Source: Microthyrium microscopicum
Lineage: Eukaryota
DNA length: 64,000 nt
Assembly (NCBI GenBank): GCA_010405405.1
Contig: MU004231.1
Coordinates: 4,400,689 to 4,464,688, forward strand
Direction of reading: 5' to 3'
Shown: piece after piece, positions 1 to 11,670 of the stretch
Layout: each line of letters opens with the position of its first letter
Position numbering within the stretch: the first letter of the stretch is position 1
Notes under the pieces: generated by a model
The model's input: only the letters and a program-made list of their open reading frames with translations
Databases searched by the model: none
Told to the model about the DNA's origin: nothing
Program-made: the position numbers and the translations under genes

Positions 1-1000
1 AATAAATAAAGTATATTAAAACTATAAAAGATATAACTACTAAAGAGCTAGTAGAACTTATAGAAAGAAGAGTTTTCTTAAAAAAAGGCCTACTAATAAG
101 TATTATATTAGATAAAGAATCTATCTTTATAAATAAATTTTAGACTAAACTATACTAAGCAAAAAAGGTAAAACGTAGGCTATCTATAATCTAGTATCTA
201 TAAACTAATAGCTAGACTAAGTAATAAAACTTAGTACTAAGATATTACCTATAAGCCTTTACTACTAAAAACTAAATAAACTAGTTAAGCCTCCTATCTA
301 TAGCATAATAAGTAATAAATATATTTTATAATAAAATACTTAACTATATCCTAAATATAGCTAAAATAAGATATAAACTAACTCTTTTAGTAGACCTTCT
401 TATAGATTCTAAGGATAAGCTTAAAGAAGAAGAAAATAAGGTAGTAATAGTAAAGTAAAGAGTAATAAGAATAGAATAAAACTAAGAAAAGATAGTAAAA
501 CGCTAAGGAAAAGCAATAGAATACTAAGCTAAGTTTTATAATAAGAAGTATACTCTAATGTTATTCTATATAGAAGATAAAGTCCTATTATTAATAAAGA
601 ATATTAAACTTAAACTACTAAGTAAGAAGCTAGCCCCTTACTATATAGGACTATTTAATATCTAAGACATAATTAAAGAATAAGCTTACTAACTAAACCT
701 CTTAATAGGCTACTAAATTTATAACGTCTTTTATATATCTAAACTTAAGCTATATTATTAAAGAGAAGGTTAAAAAGAACTAGAGCTCTTTATAGCTATT
801 AAGCTAGAAGACAAAGAAAAATAGGAGGTAAGAGCTATCTTAGATAAAAGAAAATAAAAAAGAAAAGTTAAATACTTTATCTATTAGTAAGGATATCCTC
901 TAATTTATAATTCTTAGAAATAAGAAGAAGATTATAAGAACGTATAAGACTTAATTAAGGTTTTTAAAGAAGCTAATAGACTTAAGCTTATTATTATAAA
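1..1000 (+). mobile_element. RIP-degraded Ty3/Gypsy (chromovirus) pol 3' end: integrase core, GPF/Y region and chromodomain
   Basis: Extremely AT/TpA-rich with many TAA/TAG stops. Reversing C>T/G>A changes gives motifs like 'RRLST..HPQTDGQTE.QN', 'GDKVLL..KNIK...SKKLAP.Y.GPF', 'IHNVFHVSKL.PY' and 'WEV.AILDKR....V.Y.I.W.GYP..YNSWE'. Confidence 0.85.
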
Positions 1001-4000
1001 GAAAAAAAAAAAGAAGAATAAAACTATAAAAAAAGACATTATAAGAAAGAGGAGATTTTTATACGCTTTTTATTTATTATAGAAAAGTAACTAATTAGTA
1101 AAATAAAAAATAGAAAACTAAAAATAGAAATAGTAAAAATTATAGCTAGGTAAACTACTAGTAAGACGTAAATAAAACCTAAATAAAATTAAAGAGTTTT
1201 ATAAGAGACTAATAAGCTAGTACTATAAAAAAAGAACCCTCTTCTATAAAGATAAAAGGAGCAAACTATTAGTAAATATAATAAAAAATAAGAATTTTTC
1301 CTAAACGCTATAACTATAAATAGCAAGTTAATAAAAAGGCTAGTTCTAAAAAATATTAAGACTAGTAACTTATACCTAAAGAAATAAATAAATATAGTAT
1401 TTACGTAACTAAAATATAACCTAATTACTAAACCTTAATTCTATATATTAAGACGCTATAACTTTAAAAGTAGGTATTAGATATTATTAGTTACTTTAAG
1501 ACTACTAAGAAAAGAGTACGTAATAGATATAGCTAAAGTAATTAGTATACTATTAGTAAATAAGTAAGTAGGTAAAGAAATATTATAAGTTATAAGTACT
1601 ATAAGTATAAGAAGAAGATAAAAATAGCTAGGATTAATACTAATAAAATTAATACTACTATCTAGGTTATAATAAATAGTTACTCTACTAGTAGCATAAC
1701 ACTACTAGAATTAGTAAAGAGAGTAAGCTATTTTATTAGTATATTAAGCCTAAGCCTAAGTAGCTAAAGAGGAGCTATAAAAGAGTAATATAGTCTCTTT
1801 ATTAAACTACTTAGTCTATATACTACTTACCTCCTTATTCTTAATCTTCTTTATAGTAAGCAAATATACTATAAAGCGTAAGGTACTAATATTTAAAATA
1901 AATTTAAGAGGCATATAGACTCTAAATATAGTAATATCTTTTCCATTTTAGACTAAAGGAGATAAGAAGCAAATATAAAGATGATTACCTTATATAGACA
2001 AACCGCTAGTAAGTAAAAATAATAAAGGGTTATTAATAGTAAAACTTAGCTCTTAGTAAGAATTAAGTAGTTTAAAGCCTTCTAAGTAGATTCTTATAAG
2101 CTAGATAAGTGCTTAAACCTATAATTAAGTATAGGACATAGGTAGAAGATAATTCTAAGAATAATAGTTAGTAAAAGTATAACTTATAGATAAAATACAA
2201 AAGAACCTATACTAAAATACTAAATATTATTAACTTACTCTAGTATATTTTTAATATAACTAAGTATAGTATAAATATAGAATACTATATTTAAGGCTAT
2301 AGAATAGCTATAGCTTTCTAAGTAACCCTCTATATAATACTAAGCTATAATAAAAGTATTATAAGCTTATTAATAATACGTTAACTTCTTATTATAAATA
2401 TAGTATATATTACTACGCTAATAAAACTTAATAAAGGAACCTAAAGGCATAATAACTATAATAGAACTTATAGAGTTAAGAAATATAAAGTAAATATATA
2501 AGTAGATTAAGTTATTTATAATTTTATTAAAAACTATAAGTACCTAAATAAAGGTTAGTACGTAAGCTATATTTAAGTTACTAATAAGATACTTATAATA
2601 TTATAATAGTACTTTTAGTAAGTATAGTAATAGTACTTAATAAAGTTATTCTTATAACTATATATAGTACTCTATAAGATATAGCTACTATTAAGATAAT
2701 AATAGACTATATTATTAATAATATTCTACGAATATTAGAAGTAATATAAGAAGAGAAGTAAAGTAAGTATAGCTTAAGAGTAAGATATAATTTAAGCAAC
2801 ATTCTATAAAGGTATAAATTAGTAAAAGAATTAGGCACGTTACTTATAATATACTTACTATAAAGGCTTACTACTAAGTAGTCTAAGCTATAAAACCTAG
2901 GTCTACATTTCCTAGCTTACTAAGTAAGTTATCTAACTTAGACTTCTTACTATTTAGAAATAATATATAAAGTAGCATAAAAGTACTCTAGTAAGTAGTC
3001 TACTTTTTAATTATAAAATAAGTAGTAAGTAGCTATAAAGGCTCTAGTAATAGAGTATCCTTATAATAACGTTTTCTATTAGCTTAAGAGACGTATAGAG
3101 TATAGGTTAGCTATAAAGTAGAGTTAGTAATTAAGTTAATTATAGTAGTACTAAGAAGTACTTAGAGTAGATAATAAAAGCTATTAATACTATATTAGGC
3201 TAAATAAGAAATAAATAGCAAATTAGCACTAGTAATAATATAGCCTAAGGACAATAAGACGTAAAGAGTTAATAAGCCTCCCTAAGGCTCTAAGAAAGCT
3301 ACCTAGTTAGTAAGTTAGACTAAGTTATAATTACGTAACTTAAGTTCCTTAAAGGCGCACTAAAGACTTTATAGAGTATAAGGAGTAGTAAAACGCTAGT
3401 AAGTTATATGCTTAAAAAGTTAGCTACTACGTTACTAAGATTATTAAAACTTCTAAAAAGCATAATATATTCTTAAAGAATAATTATCTAGGTTAAGGTT
3501 AATTAACTACTTACTCTTCTATAAATCGCTATTATTAATAAAGTCGTTATTATTAAAAGAATTAATATTAATAGAGTCCTAATAAGATAAACTACTACTA
3601 TATAAACTACTAAAATAATAATAAGAAAACATTATAAAAGAATAATTAAAACGCTATTAGAATATACGTTAAAAAGTTAAAATTATTAGAAATAAGTAAA
3701 GAGAGTATAAATAAAGTATAAAAAGAGTATAAGTTAAATTAAGGACTCTAGAAAGACATAGTTTTAAAAACTTTTAAAATTTTAGATAAGTAATATACTT
3801 ATAAATTACTTATAAAAAGAAAAAGTTATAGTATTAAGAAAATAGAGTATTATAGTTTTAAAATATTTTAGTATTATATATACGCGTAATACTATTATAA
3901 TAAATAGAGTTATTATTACCTATATAGTAAGTACTATAGTAACTTTAGAAATAGAAATACTATAAGTTAAGACTATACCTACTAAAAGAAGAAAGCATAA

Positions 4001-4043
4001 TAGCTAAGTTGTTAAGAGTAATTTCCTTTAAGAGAGAAGACTT

Positions 4044-4374
4044 TATTATAAACTTCTATAGACTTACTATAGAGATATAGGTATTCTACTACCTTCTTAC
4101 TTACTCTACTCTTATAGTACGCTATAAGAAGACTCTTTATTAATAAACTACTAGGTTAATATAAATAGTACCTATTCTCTACTATAACGAGATAAAGCTA
4201 AAATAGAGCTAAAGATAAGTAGAAGAAGTAGCCTTACTAAAGAAGAGACAAAGAGGAGTATAAGTAAAGAAGTAGACTTAATTTCTTAGAAGATTAAGTA
4301 TTAGTCTTATCTTAATACTAGTTCTTAGAATCTATTTTCTTTGCTTTAAACTATCTTTTATAAGATCTATAATA
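4044..4374 (+). repeat. Putative RIPed 3' LTR of the Gypsy element
   Basis: Purine tract agagagaaga (4031-4040) lies just before TATTATA (4044). Its reverse complement TATAATA lies at 4368-4374, consistent with RIPed TG...CA termini. Copia RT coding starts immediately after. Confidence 0.55.
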
Positions 4375-5730
4375 CTAAAATCTAAAACTAGAGATTTATG
4401 CTACTATTAGAGCTTACTATATATTACGTATAATTCTTATACTAATAGCTACGTTTAATCTAAATCTTTACTAATTTAACGTTATAAATACCTTCCTAAA
4501 TGCTATTCTAGATAAAATAGTTCTAATTTAATACCTTAAAAGCTTTAATATTTCTAGAAAGGTCTTACTACTTTGCTATACCCTCTATAAACTACTAAGA
4601 TCTCTATTATTATAGTATTAAGATATAAGAGCTACTCTCTATATAATAAAGTTTAAGCCTATTCTAAAAGACCCCTATCTTTTTAAATATATTTAGTATC
4701 TTATCTTTCTTTTTTATTATATTAATAACTTCCTCTTTCTCTTACTAAAAGCATATTAAGTAGAAGTAGATAAAATAAAATATAAACTTAATACGTACTA
4801 CGCTATAAGGAATTTAGGCACCCTAAAAAGCTTCTTTAATATTTAAATACTTTAAGATTAAGCTAATTAAAAGCTCTAGATTTTATAAGATTAGTATATT
4901 AATAAAATTAGTGCTAAATTCTAGCTTAATGTTATAAAGAAGACTAAATACGTTATTCCTATCTTAAATTTTATTAAACTTATTCTAAATAAAGAATAAA
5001 TATCTAAAGATTAAATCTATACTTTCTAAATGCGTTATAGCTCTATAATCTACCTTATAATAGTATATAAGCTAGATATCTATTATATAGCCTCTTATTT
5101 AAGCTATTTTAATTAGAATCCTTCTAAGCTTTACTACTATAAAATTAAGAGAACTATTCTATATCTTTAAGTAATAAAATACCTTACGCTTAAGTATTAT
5201 AAAACTACTAAAGTACTTACTACTAGCAAAGAAGTATTTTTTATAGCCTATAATACTATATTTATAAATAATTAAGAGACTTAAAGATTAACCTAAGGCT
5301 TTTTATTTAACCTATTTAGAGAACCTATTAACTAGTAATCTTTATACTAAAAGATAGTCTTAACATCTATAATAGAAGTAGAACTTCTATTCTTCTTAAA
5401 TACCTTAAAAGAGCTAATCTTAATCTAACGCCTCTTCTTATAGCTTAAGTTTAATCCTAATATTAAAATACTAATATTAAATAATAATACTTAAATAGTA
5501 GGTATTATAATAAAGTAGGCTTAGCTTTTATCTTCTAGATTAAAGTATGTTAATATATATTAGTTTTAGCTTTATTAAGAGGTTATAAAGGGCTATATCT
5601 CTATTAAATAAGTTCCTATAGGAGAGATACTAGTAGATAGTTTAATAAAAGCTTTCTCTCTATAAGAATATAAGAAGTTTAGGAAGATACTAAATTTAGT
5701 AGATATAAAGTACTTAGTACTAGCTTAAGA
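4375..5730 (+). mobile_element. RIP-degraded Ty1/Copia reverse transcriptase + RNase H (5'-truncated in this window)
   Basis: De-RIPed reading gives 'EIYA..GAY..LR','QFDV.NAFLNA.LD','LLL..ALYGL.RSPLLW','EDPCLF','FYYVDDFL','RSTQGFLF.LFGGPI.W.S..QKTVSTSTTEAEL','K.V.I...WL.QEV','P.GEM.AD.LTKAL'. Confidence 0.85.
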
Positions 5731-5967
5731 AGATTCTTTCTAGAACGCTATAAATACTTCTACTACTACTATAAATTGCTAAATCTCCTATATTTTTATA
5801 TAAGCTAGATCTTTTACGCTAAGGCTATCTAATAGTACTCTTTATTTCCTATTTTAACTAATTTTAATATTTTAGTAGCTTAGTTTTAAAAAACCTAAAA
5901 ATTAATATTCCTTTATACTTAATACTAAGTATATCTTAAAATCTATAGATTAGAAACTTAGGAAGTA

Positions 5968-6159
5968 TAATAAAAGGTTTATTCTAAACCCTAAATCTAC
6001 GCTAGTTCTAATTTAGGATTAAAAAGTAAAAATACTAAAATTTAGCCTTTATTAGCTATTATATCTTTTTGCCTTTTCTACCCCTTTCTATATATTACTT
6101 TTACCTTTATTATAGCCTAAATTCTAGGCTCTAAGAAGACACGTTTTATGTTTTTAATA
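5968..6159 (+). repeat. Putative RIPed 3' LTR of the Copia element
   Basis: aggaagta|taataaaagg resembles a RIPed PPT|TG start. ...ttttaata (6159) resembles a RIPed CAACA end. It coincides with the edge of the AT-rich block. Confidence 0.4.
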
Positions 6160-7243
6160 GGGTATAAATACTATAGTTATTGCAGTAGTTACTTAATTAG
6201 ATTCTTTAATGTTCCCTTTACTAATTCTGCATTCCCTAAGCTGCACGGACCGTATTCCGTCAGTTAGGTTGTCGGAAGTACATGATAGTGAGATATTAAT
6301 ATCCGAATTATCTATTCCGTACCTGACAGCCTGTCGAATCACCCTAGGCTTACCATTTGCTGCCAGCTCACTACTCACCTACATCTTCTTCTATTATTCT
6401 CTACCACTCGTCGCTTTGTTTGGATCTGGCAGCGTTGATAACAACAATCTCAAGATCAGCTCGACTTTTTGAGGCTCAAAGGCCCCGCGCTCCCGATAGT
6501 CTAGGCCAGGAACAAGGCAATCTCGCGACTTAGCGATCCACTTAGACTTCAACGCGTCTTGACCACCACCGGCCGACCTAAACTCAACACCAACTACTGC
6601 GCATCCATCACCCTTTCTCCTACCTACACGCTACATTTCTACCCATTACTGCAAAACGTATACCTTCGACATATCCTGGAACCTTTTTCTTCTTCCCGCT
6701 GCTCCGCGAGCTCGATTATGCGCTATCCCCTCTCGATTCAGCATACGCGCTATCAAAATAAAACATCTCTCGGTTCCAACAGTCGCCCCTAATTGCTGCT
6801 GTCCTCTACAGTAAGTCTACTTTGATGTTTTATATGCACTCACATACCTGAATCGCGCATCCCATATCATGCTTCTCGATTATTCTGCGCCATCCTTGAA
6901 ACTCTTGGACCCCCTGGACAAGCTTGATGATAATCAGTCGATCAATAAGACTGTCATTCTATATGTGCCTGTCTTATTGCGCCTCAAACTCTCATCATTC
7001 AGCATTGACACGAAACAATCTTCTCATTCAACATACTAAATTATCCTAGATTCGAGCCTTGTTCCTTCACACGCTGAACTCGCTTTATTGTTTAAATTCT
7101 TCCACGATCACCTTCATAATTACTACCGCGTTCCCGCACTTGGGTGCGCGGATACGTCCAACTCAAGGGATATTACGCTCCTCGGTCTGCTGCTGCGCAA
7201 CCTATTTGCCCTTCATCTCGGTTCATCCTAGTACTGATTAATC

Positions 7244-9125
7244 ATGGATAACTTTTGGAAACGAATTCCACGCGGAAACAAATCTCGGGATAGTCAGCAA
7301 ATTGGAAGTCCAGTTTTGGTCAACAGTTCAGTGGACAGTGAGAGGCTGCAAAACATGCCATCGGTGCACGACGCACGCCCATCTCATACTGGAAGCTATC
7401 AGCCAGCTCCAACGTAGGTCGCATGTTTTTATCTGATGTTCTAACATACTGATCCGTTCAAGGCCAACATCCTACGGCAATGCTCGAAACCAAATCAACT
7501 CTATGGCGCCAAGCGTATCGTCCGTCTACTCCCAGCCATATGATCACGTTGGAACCAATAACAGACAAGCTCGGGCTCCAGTAGCTTCATCCTACTATGG
7601 TGATGGCGATGTATCTCCTCCCGAATCGCCTCATTCCTATCCAGTCCAGCAACCACATAATGATGGCGACGTTTCTCCAATTGACAATACCCTCGAATCC
7701 GATATTCATCCAGCATTTCGAACGAAAAATAAACTAGGGGGAAGTAATATTCCTGTTCCTCGAAAAAACCCTCCAGTGGCACGCAAGGTCACCCCCCGCG
7801 CGTACAATCGAGACCCAAATCAGCCGCTCAAGTGGGACAAATATACGGGTGAACCTACCAGTCCCGATAAAGGTGTTGATTCAGGAGTAAAGCCAGAGAG
7901 CGTAGTGGCTGTACTTGAGCGTACCCGCGCTGCGCTACAAAGTGCTCGGCTCAGATCAGCTCCAGACGCGGCAGCCAATTCTGCGACCAAGAAGGTTGAA
8001 ACTCGACCTCCTTGGAAGGGTGCTAGTGGAAGAGAGGCAGTTGTCCCACCCGTTCAAGATAAACCTGGTCAAAAATTGCCTATTCCTCAACGAGAAGTTC
8101 GAAGACCAGTCGCAATGCCGACTCCACCCATGAGCTCAAGCCCTGTAATCGCGCGAACGAATGAGGCTGAACATGAAACCGAGCATGCGTCTACTTCTCC
8201 TAGACAGCCACAAGCTATAGAAACAATTAGGCCTGTAGGCACGCCCGACCGTTCCAATGCCGGCGAAACTTCATCTTATGCTGTACACCCGGTTACCAAT
8301 ACCCATCACCCCTCTTCAACACATAATGCGGCTCCTATTCCCGCTGATGCCTACAATCCACGCACACCTACCGAAGATACTCCCCGCCGTAGCGACGATA
8401 CCATTCGCAACAACGAACAGCGCAAGAGAAGTAATTCGCGACCGGATGATCAGTTCGACAGCCGCTTCAGCTGGACAACGCAAGCAACAAACACAACTTA
8501 CCAAGGACACTCTCCACCACCCAGCCCACCACCTCCTCTCCCAACAAACTTCCCGCATTACTCCTCCTTCACGAACCCACCAGCCGATTCCATCATGAAC
8601 CGCCGCCGTCCCGTTCCCGCGCGCACCTACTCTCCTCCCTCCCCCGTCAGCTCACCCATAATATCAAACAACGCCCCGCGTCGCAAACCAATCGGTCTCG
8701 GTCTCGGCGTCTCCACCCTCCATCCAACCCGCACATCCTCGCGCGCGCCCTCCATCCACAGCACCACAACAACAACCACATCCGGCGGGGACAAAGCTCT
8801 CCCACCCACACCCCAGCAACTGGCATCATCGGATCACGTCGGGCAGCTTAATGCGCAGCTCGACGATCTGCGAAACCAGCGGCGCAATCTAGACCGCATA
8901 CTGCGAGACCTTGAAGGACCGGAAGCGAAGAACCCTCTCAACACAACTTTCCGTGAAGAACGCGAACGGGAGAAAAATATTGTGGCGATTAAGAGCGAAC
9001 TTAATGAGATTAATATGCTGGAGCATGATATTGGGCTTAAACTGCATCGGGCGAATAAGAAGAGGGAGAGGGAGGAGGGGTATGAGGGATTTACGACGTT
9101 GTGGGTTAGACGGGTCACTAGTTGA
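7244..9125 (+). CDS. Uncharacterised Pro/Ser-rich protein with C-terminal coiled coil (2 exons: 7244-7413, 7463-9125)
   Basis: The 540-aa ORF extends in frame upstream via a GTAGGT..CTAAC..AAG intron (7414-7462). The C-terminus 'GLKLHRANKKRERE...LWVRRVTS' looks like a conserved fungal motif. Confidence 0.75.
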
Positions 9126-10183
9126 AGAGGGAAGGAAGGAAGGAAGGTGAGATGCCTTTGGCTGTATGTGTTTGGTGTTGAAAAGAAGGAGAGATGGGAA
9201 GACGAAGCAGATCAAGTCTACTGCTGCCAGGCTTCGGGCTCCAGATGCTGCGAGCTTGTTGTCTATGAAGCGTGTGTTTTTCAATGTCTGGATATCCACT
9301 GTCTGTTTGTATTTGATATATCCCCTGATGCTTCAATGTTAATGAACTCTCTATGTTTGAACAGCCTGTACATCTTTTGTAGTGTAGTTATGAACTTACA
9401 ATGATCAACTAATGAATCTGTATATATACGTTCAAGCTACATGAGATGCTTAAAAGAATCCCATTCAGTCATAGCCCGCTCTTTGCTCTTGATTTTCGAT
9501 TTGCCATCGTAAGCGCTCCATGAGTGGTCACACTGCGTTCTTTGAAGAGATAGTATGAGTTTGACCTGCAAAGCAATGGATCAAAAATGATGACGAGAAG
9601 ACTCGACAAGGCTTGCGATAAGGCTGAGATCTGACATCATTTGAACCAAAATCGCGAATCTGAGTGGTCAATTTCGAGTATCAAAATGTGCGTATTGTTT
9701 ACAGTCTCTTGCACCATCCAACGCAGGAGGAGTACAAACACAGCGAAAGAGGCAATGGTTTCCAGGCGAATAAGAGGCGTCAATTCGACGGAAGTAGTAG
9801 TAGTATGAATAATGTATGATGAGTGATACTCGTAGTCCTTATTCCCAATGATCCTGTGGTGGTATTCCCCCGGGAATCGGTAACAACCACTCCAATCTCC
9901 ATCGCCATTATTAATTGCGGGCCAGTTAACCCCGGAGGGCACTTGCCTCCATATTTGTTTGAAGAGTTACTGGTAGCCTTCCAAAGGGAAGCTTTTCCCA
10001 ATGTAGATAACCTGTACCTTCCCCCACATTCTACGTCGCATAGCTCACTGCGTGTTTCTCATGCTTCTTCGTCCTTCTGCTCTAGCACAACATCTACCAA
10101 AACTACTAAATAACACTCAAGCTGCTGCTTGTTTTCGCTTCACACACTCAATCCATCCCAATTTACACAGATATCTATCCACA

Positions 10184-11382
10184 ATGGCAGTACGCAGTGC
10201 TTTCGATCCCAAAGACATGGTCTTTCGCCACCTTGGACCGACTGGTCTAAAGGTGTCGGTTCTCTCATATGGCGGCTGGGTGAGTTTCAATCACAATGTG
10301 AGCTAGAGCTTCAATTAACTCTCAAAAGCTCACAGTCGGCGGTACTCAAAAAGGTGCTATCGTCAAGGAGTTGATGCAGACCGCATGGAGCTATGGTACG
10401 TTCCGTTGTTGGACTCGAGAGTTTTCGAGTCACTGACGTCAATACAGGTATCAACTTTTTCGACAATGCCGAGACATATTCAAATGGTCAGTCTGAAATT
10501 GAGATGGGACAGGCCTTTAAAGAACTCAATTGGCCTCGCGATGAATACGTGCTGTCTACCAAAGTCTTCTTTGGCACTGGTCGCAAGGAGCCAAACACCA
10601 GAGGTCTATCACGAAAGCACGTCATTGAAGGTCTAAAGAGCTCCCTTGAGCGACTACAGACTCCATATGTCGACATTGTTTTCGCTCATCGCCCTGATAT
10701 TGGGTGAGTAGTCTTCATAAATCGATACAAGAATGTTGTTAAATTTTGTAGAACGCCCATGAAAGAGATTGTGGAGGGCTTCACTCAAGCCATCCGCAAC
10801 CTGAATCTCGCCTACTACTGGGGAACTTCAGAGTGGTCAGCATCTCAGATCACCGAAGCTACTCTCATCGCCGAAAAGTACAACCTGATCGCTCCAGTTG
10901 CTGAGCAGCCACAATATAACGCCTTCCACCGTGAGCGATTCGAGGTTGAGTATGCGCCACTCTACGAGCAATTCCAGTACGGAACCACCATCTGGTCTCC
11001 TCTAGCCTCAGGTATCCTCACTGGCAAGTACAACGACGGTATTCCCGATGACTCTCGATTCGCCACCAACCCATCCTTCTTCTCTGGCACAGTCAAGTCC
11101 CTCCAAACAGACGAAGGAAAGGACAAGATCGAGAAAGTTCGCGCCCTCACCAAGATCGCCGAAAAACTTGGTGGTTCACCTTCTCAGCTCGCCATTGCTT
11201 GGGCAGCTGCAAACCCGAACGTCAGCACTGTCATTCTTGGTGCTACAAAGGTTGAGCAGTTGAAGGATAACTGCGAGGCACTCAAATTGCTTCCAAAGCT
11301 CACTGATGAAGTCATGGAGGAGATTGATGGCATCTTGAAGAACAAGCCTGCTCAGATGCCAGACTTTGGTCGCAGAAGGTAA
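10184..11382 (+). CDS. Aldo-keto reductase, voltage-gated K+ channel beta-subunit-like (4 exons)
   Basis: Motifs '[19 protein letters not shown]', '[11 protein letters not shown]', '[10 protein letters not shown]', 'EQPQYN', '[13 protein letters not shown]'. GT-AG introns at ~10280-10328, 10397-10447 and 10704-10751. Confidence 0.93.
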
Positions 11383-11670
11383 GGGTTCTACATACCCTGA
11401 GAGCTGGAGGGAGACACGGTCCATGTATACATGGCTAGATGTGGTCGGCTCGTGTTCGTTACCTCCTGTCTGTTTTATGGCATAGGTTACTGATACTTGA
11501 GTTCTCTTAGGACACCGAAACCAAAGAAGTCAAAAGCCAATTTGTAGGAGCAAAGAGATAAAAGCTAGATAAACTACGTAGGAAAACGAAACACTTTTAC
11601 AGTCCTCTTACTCCAGAATCCTAGAAAGTCAAGTAAACCAAGCATGCATAACTTTTCCACCTCCAGTAAA

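Noticed and set aside
1..6200. Organellar insertion or centromeric/telomeric satellite
   Set aside because: Residual retroelement motifs and TpA bias explain it as RIPed transposons. No TTAGGG arrays or tandem satellite were seen.
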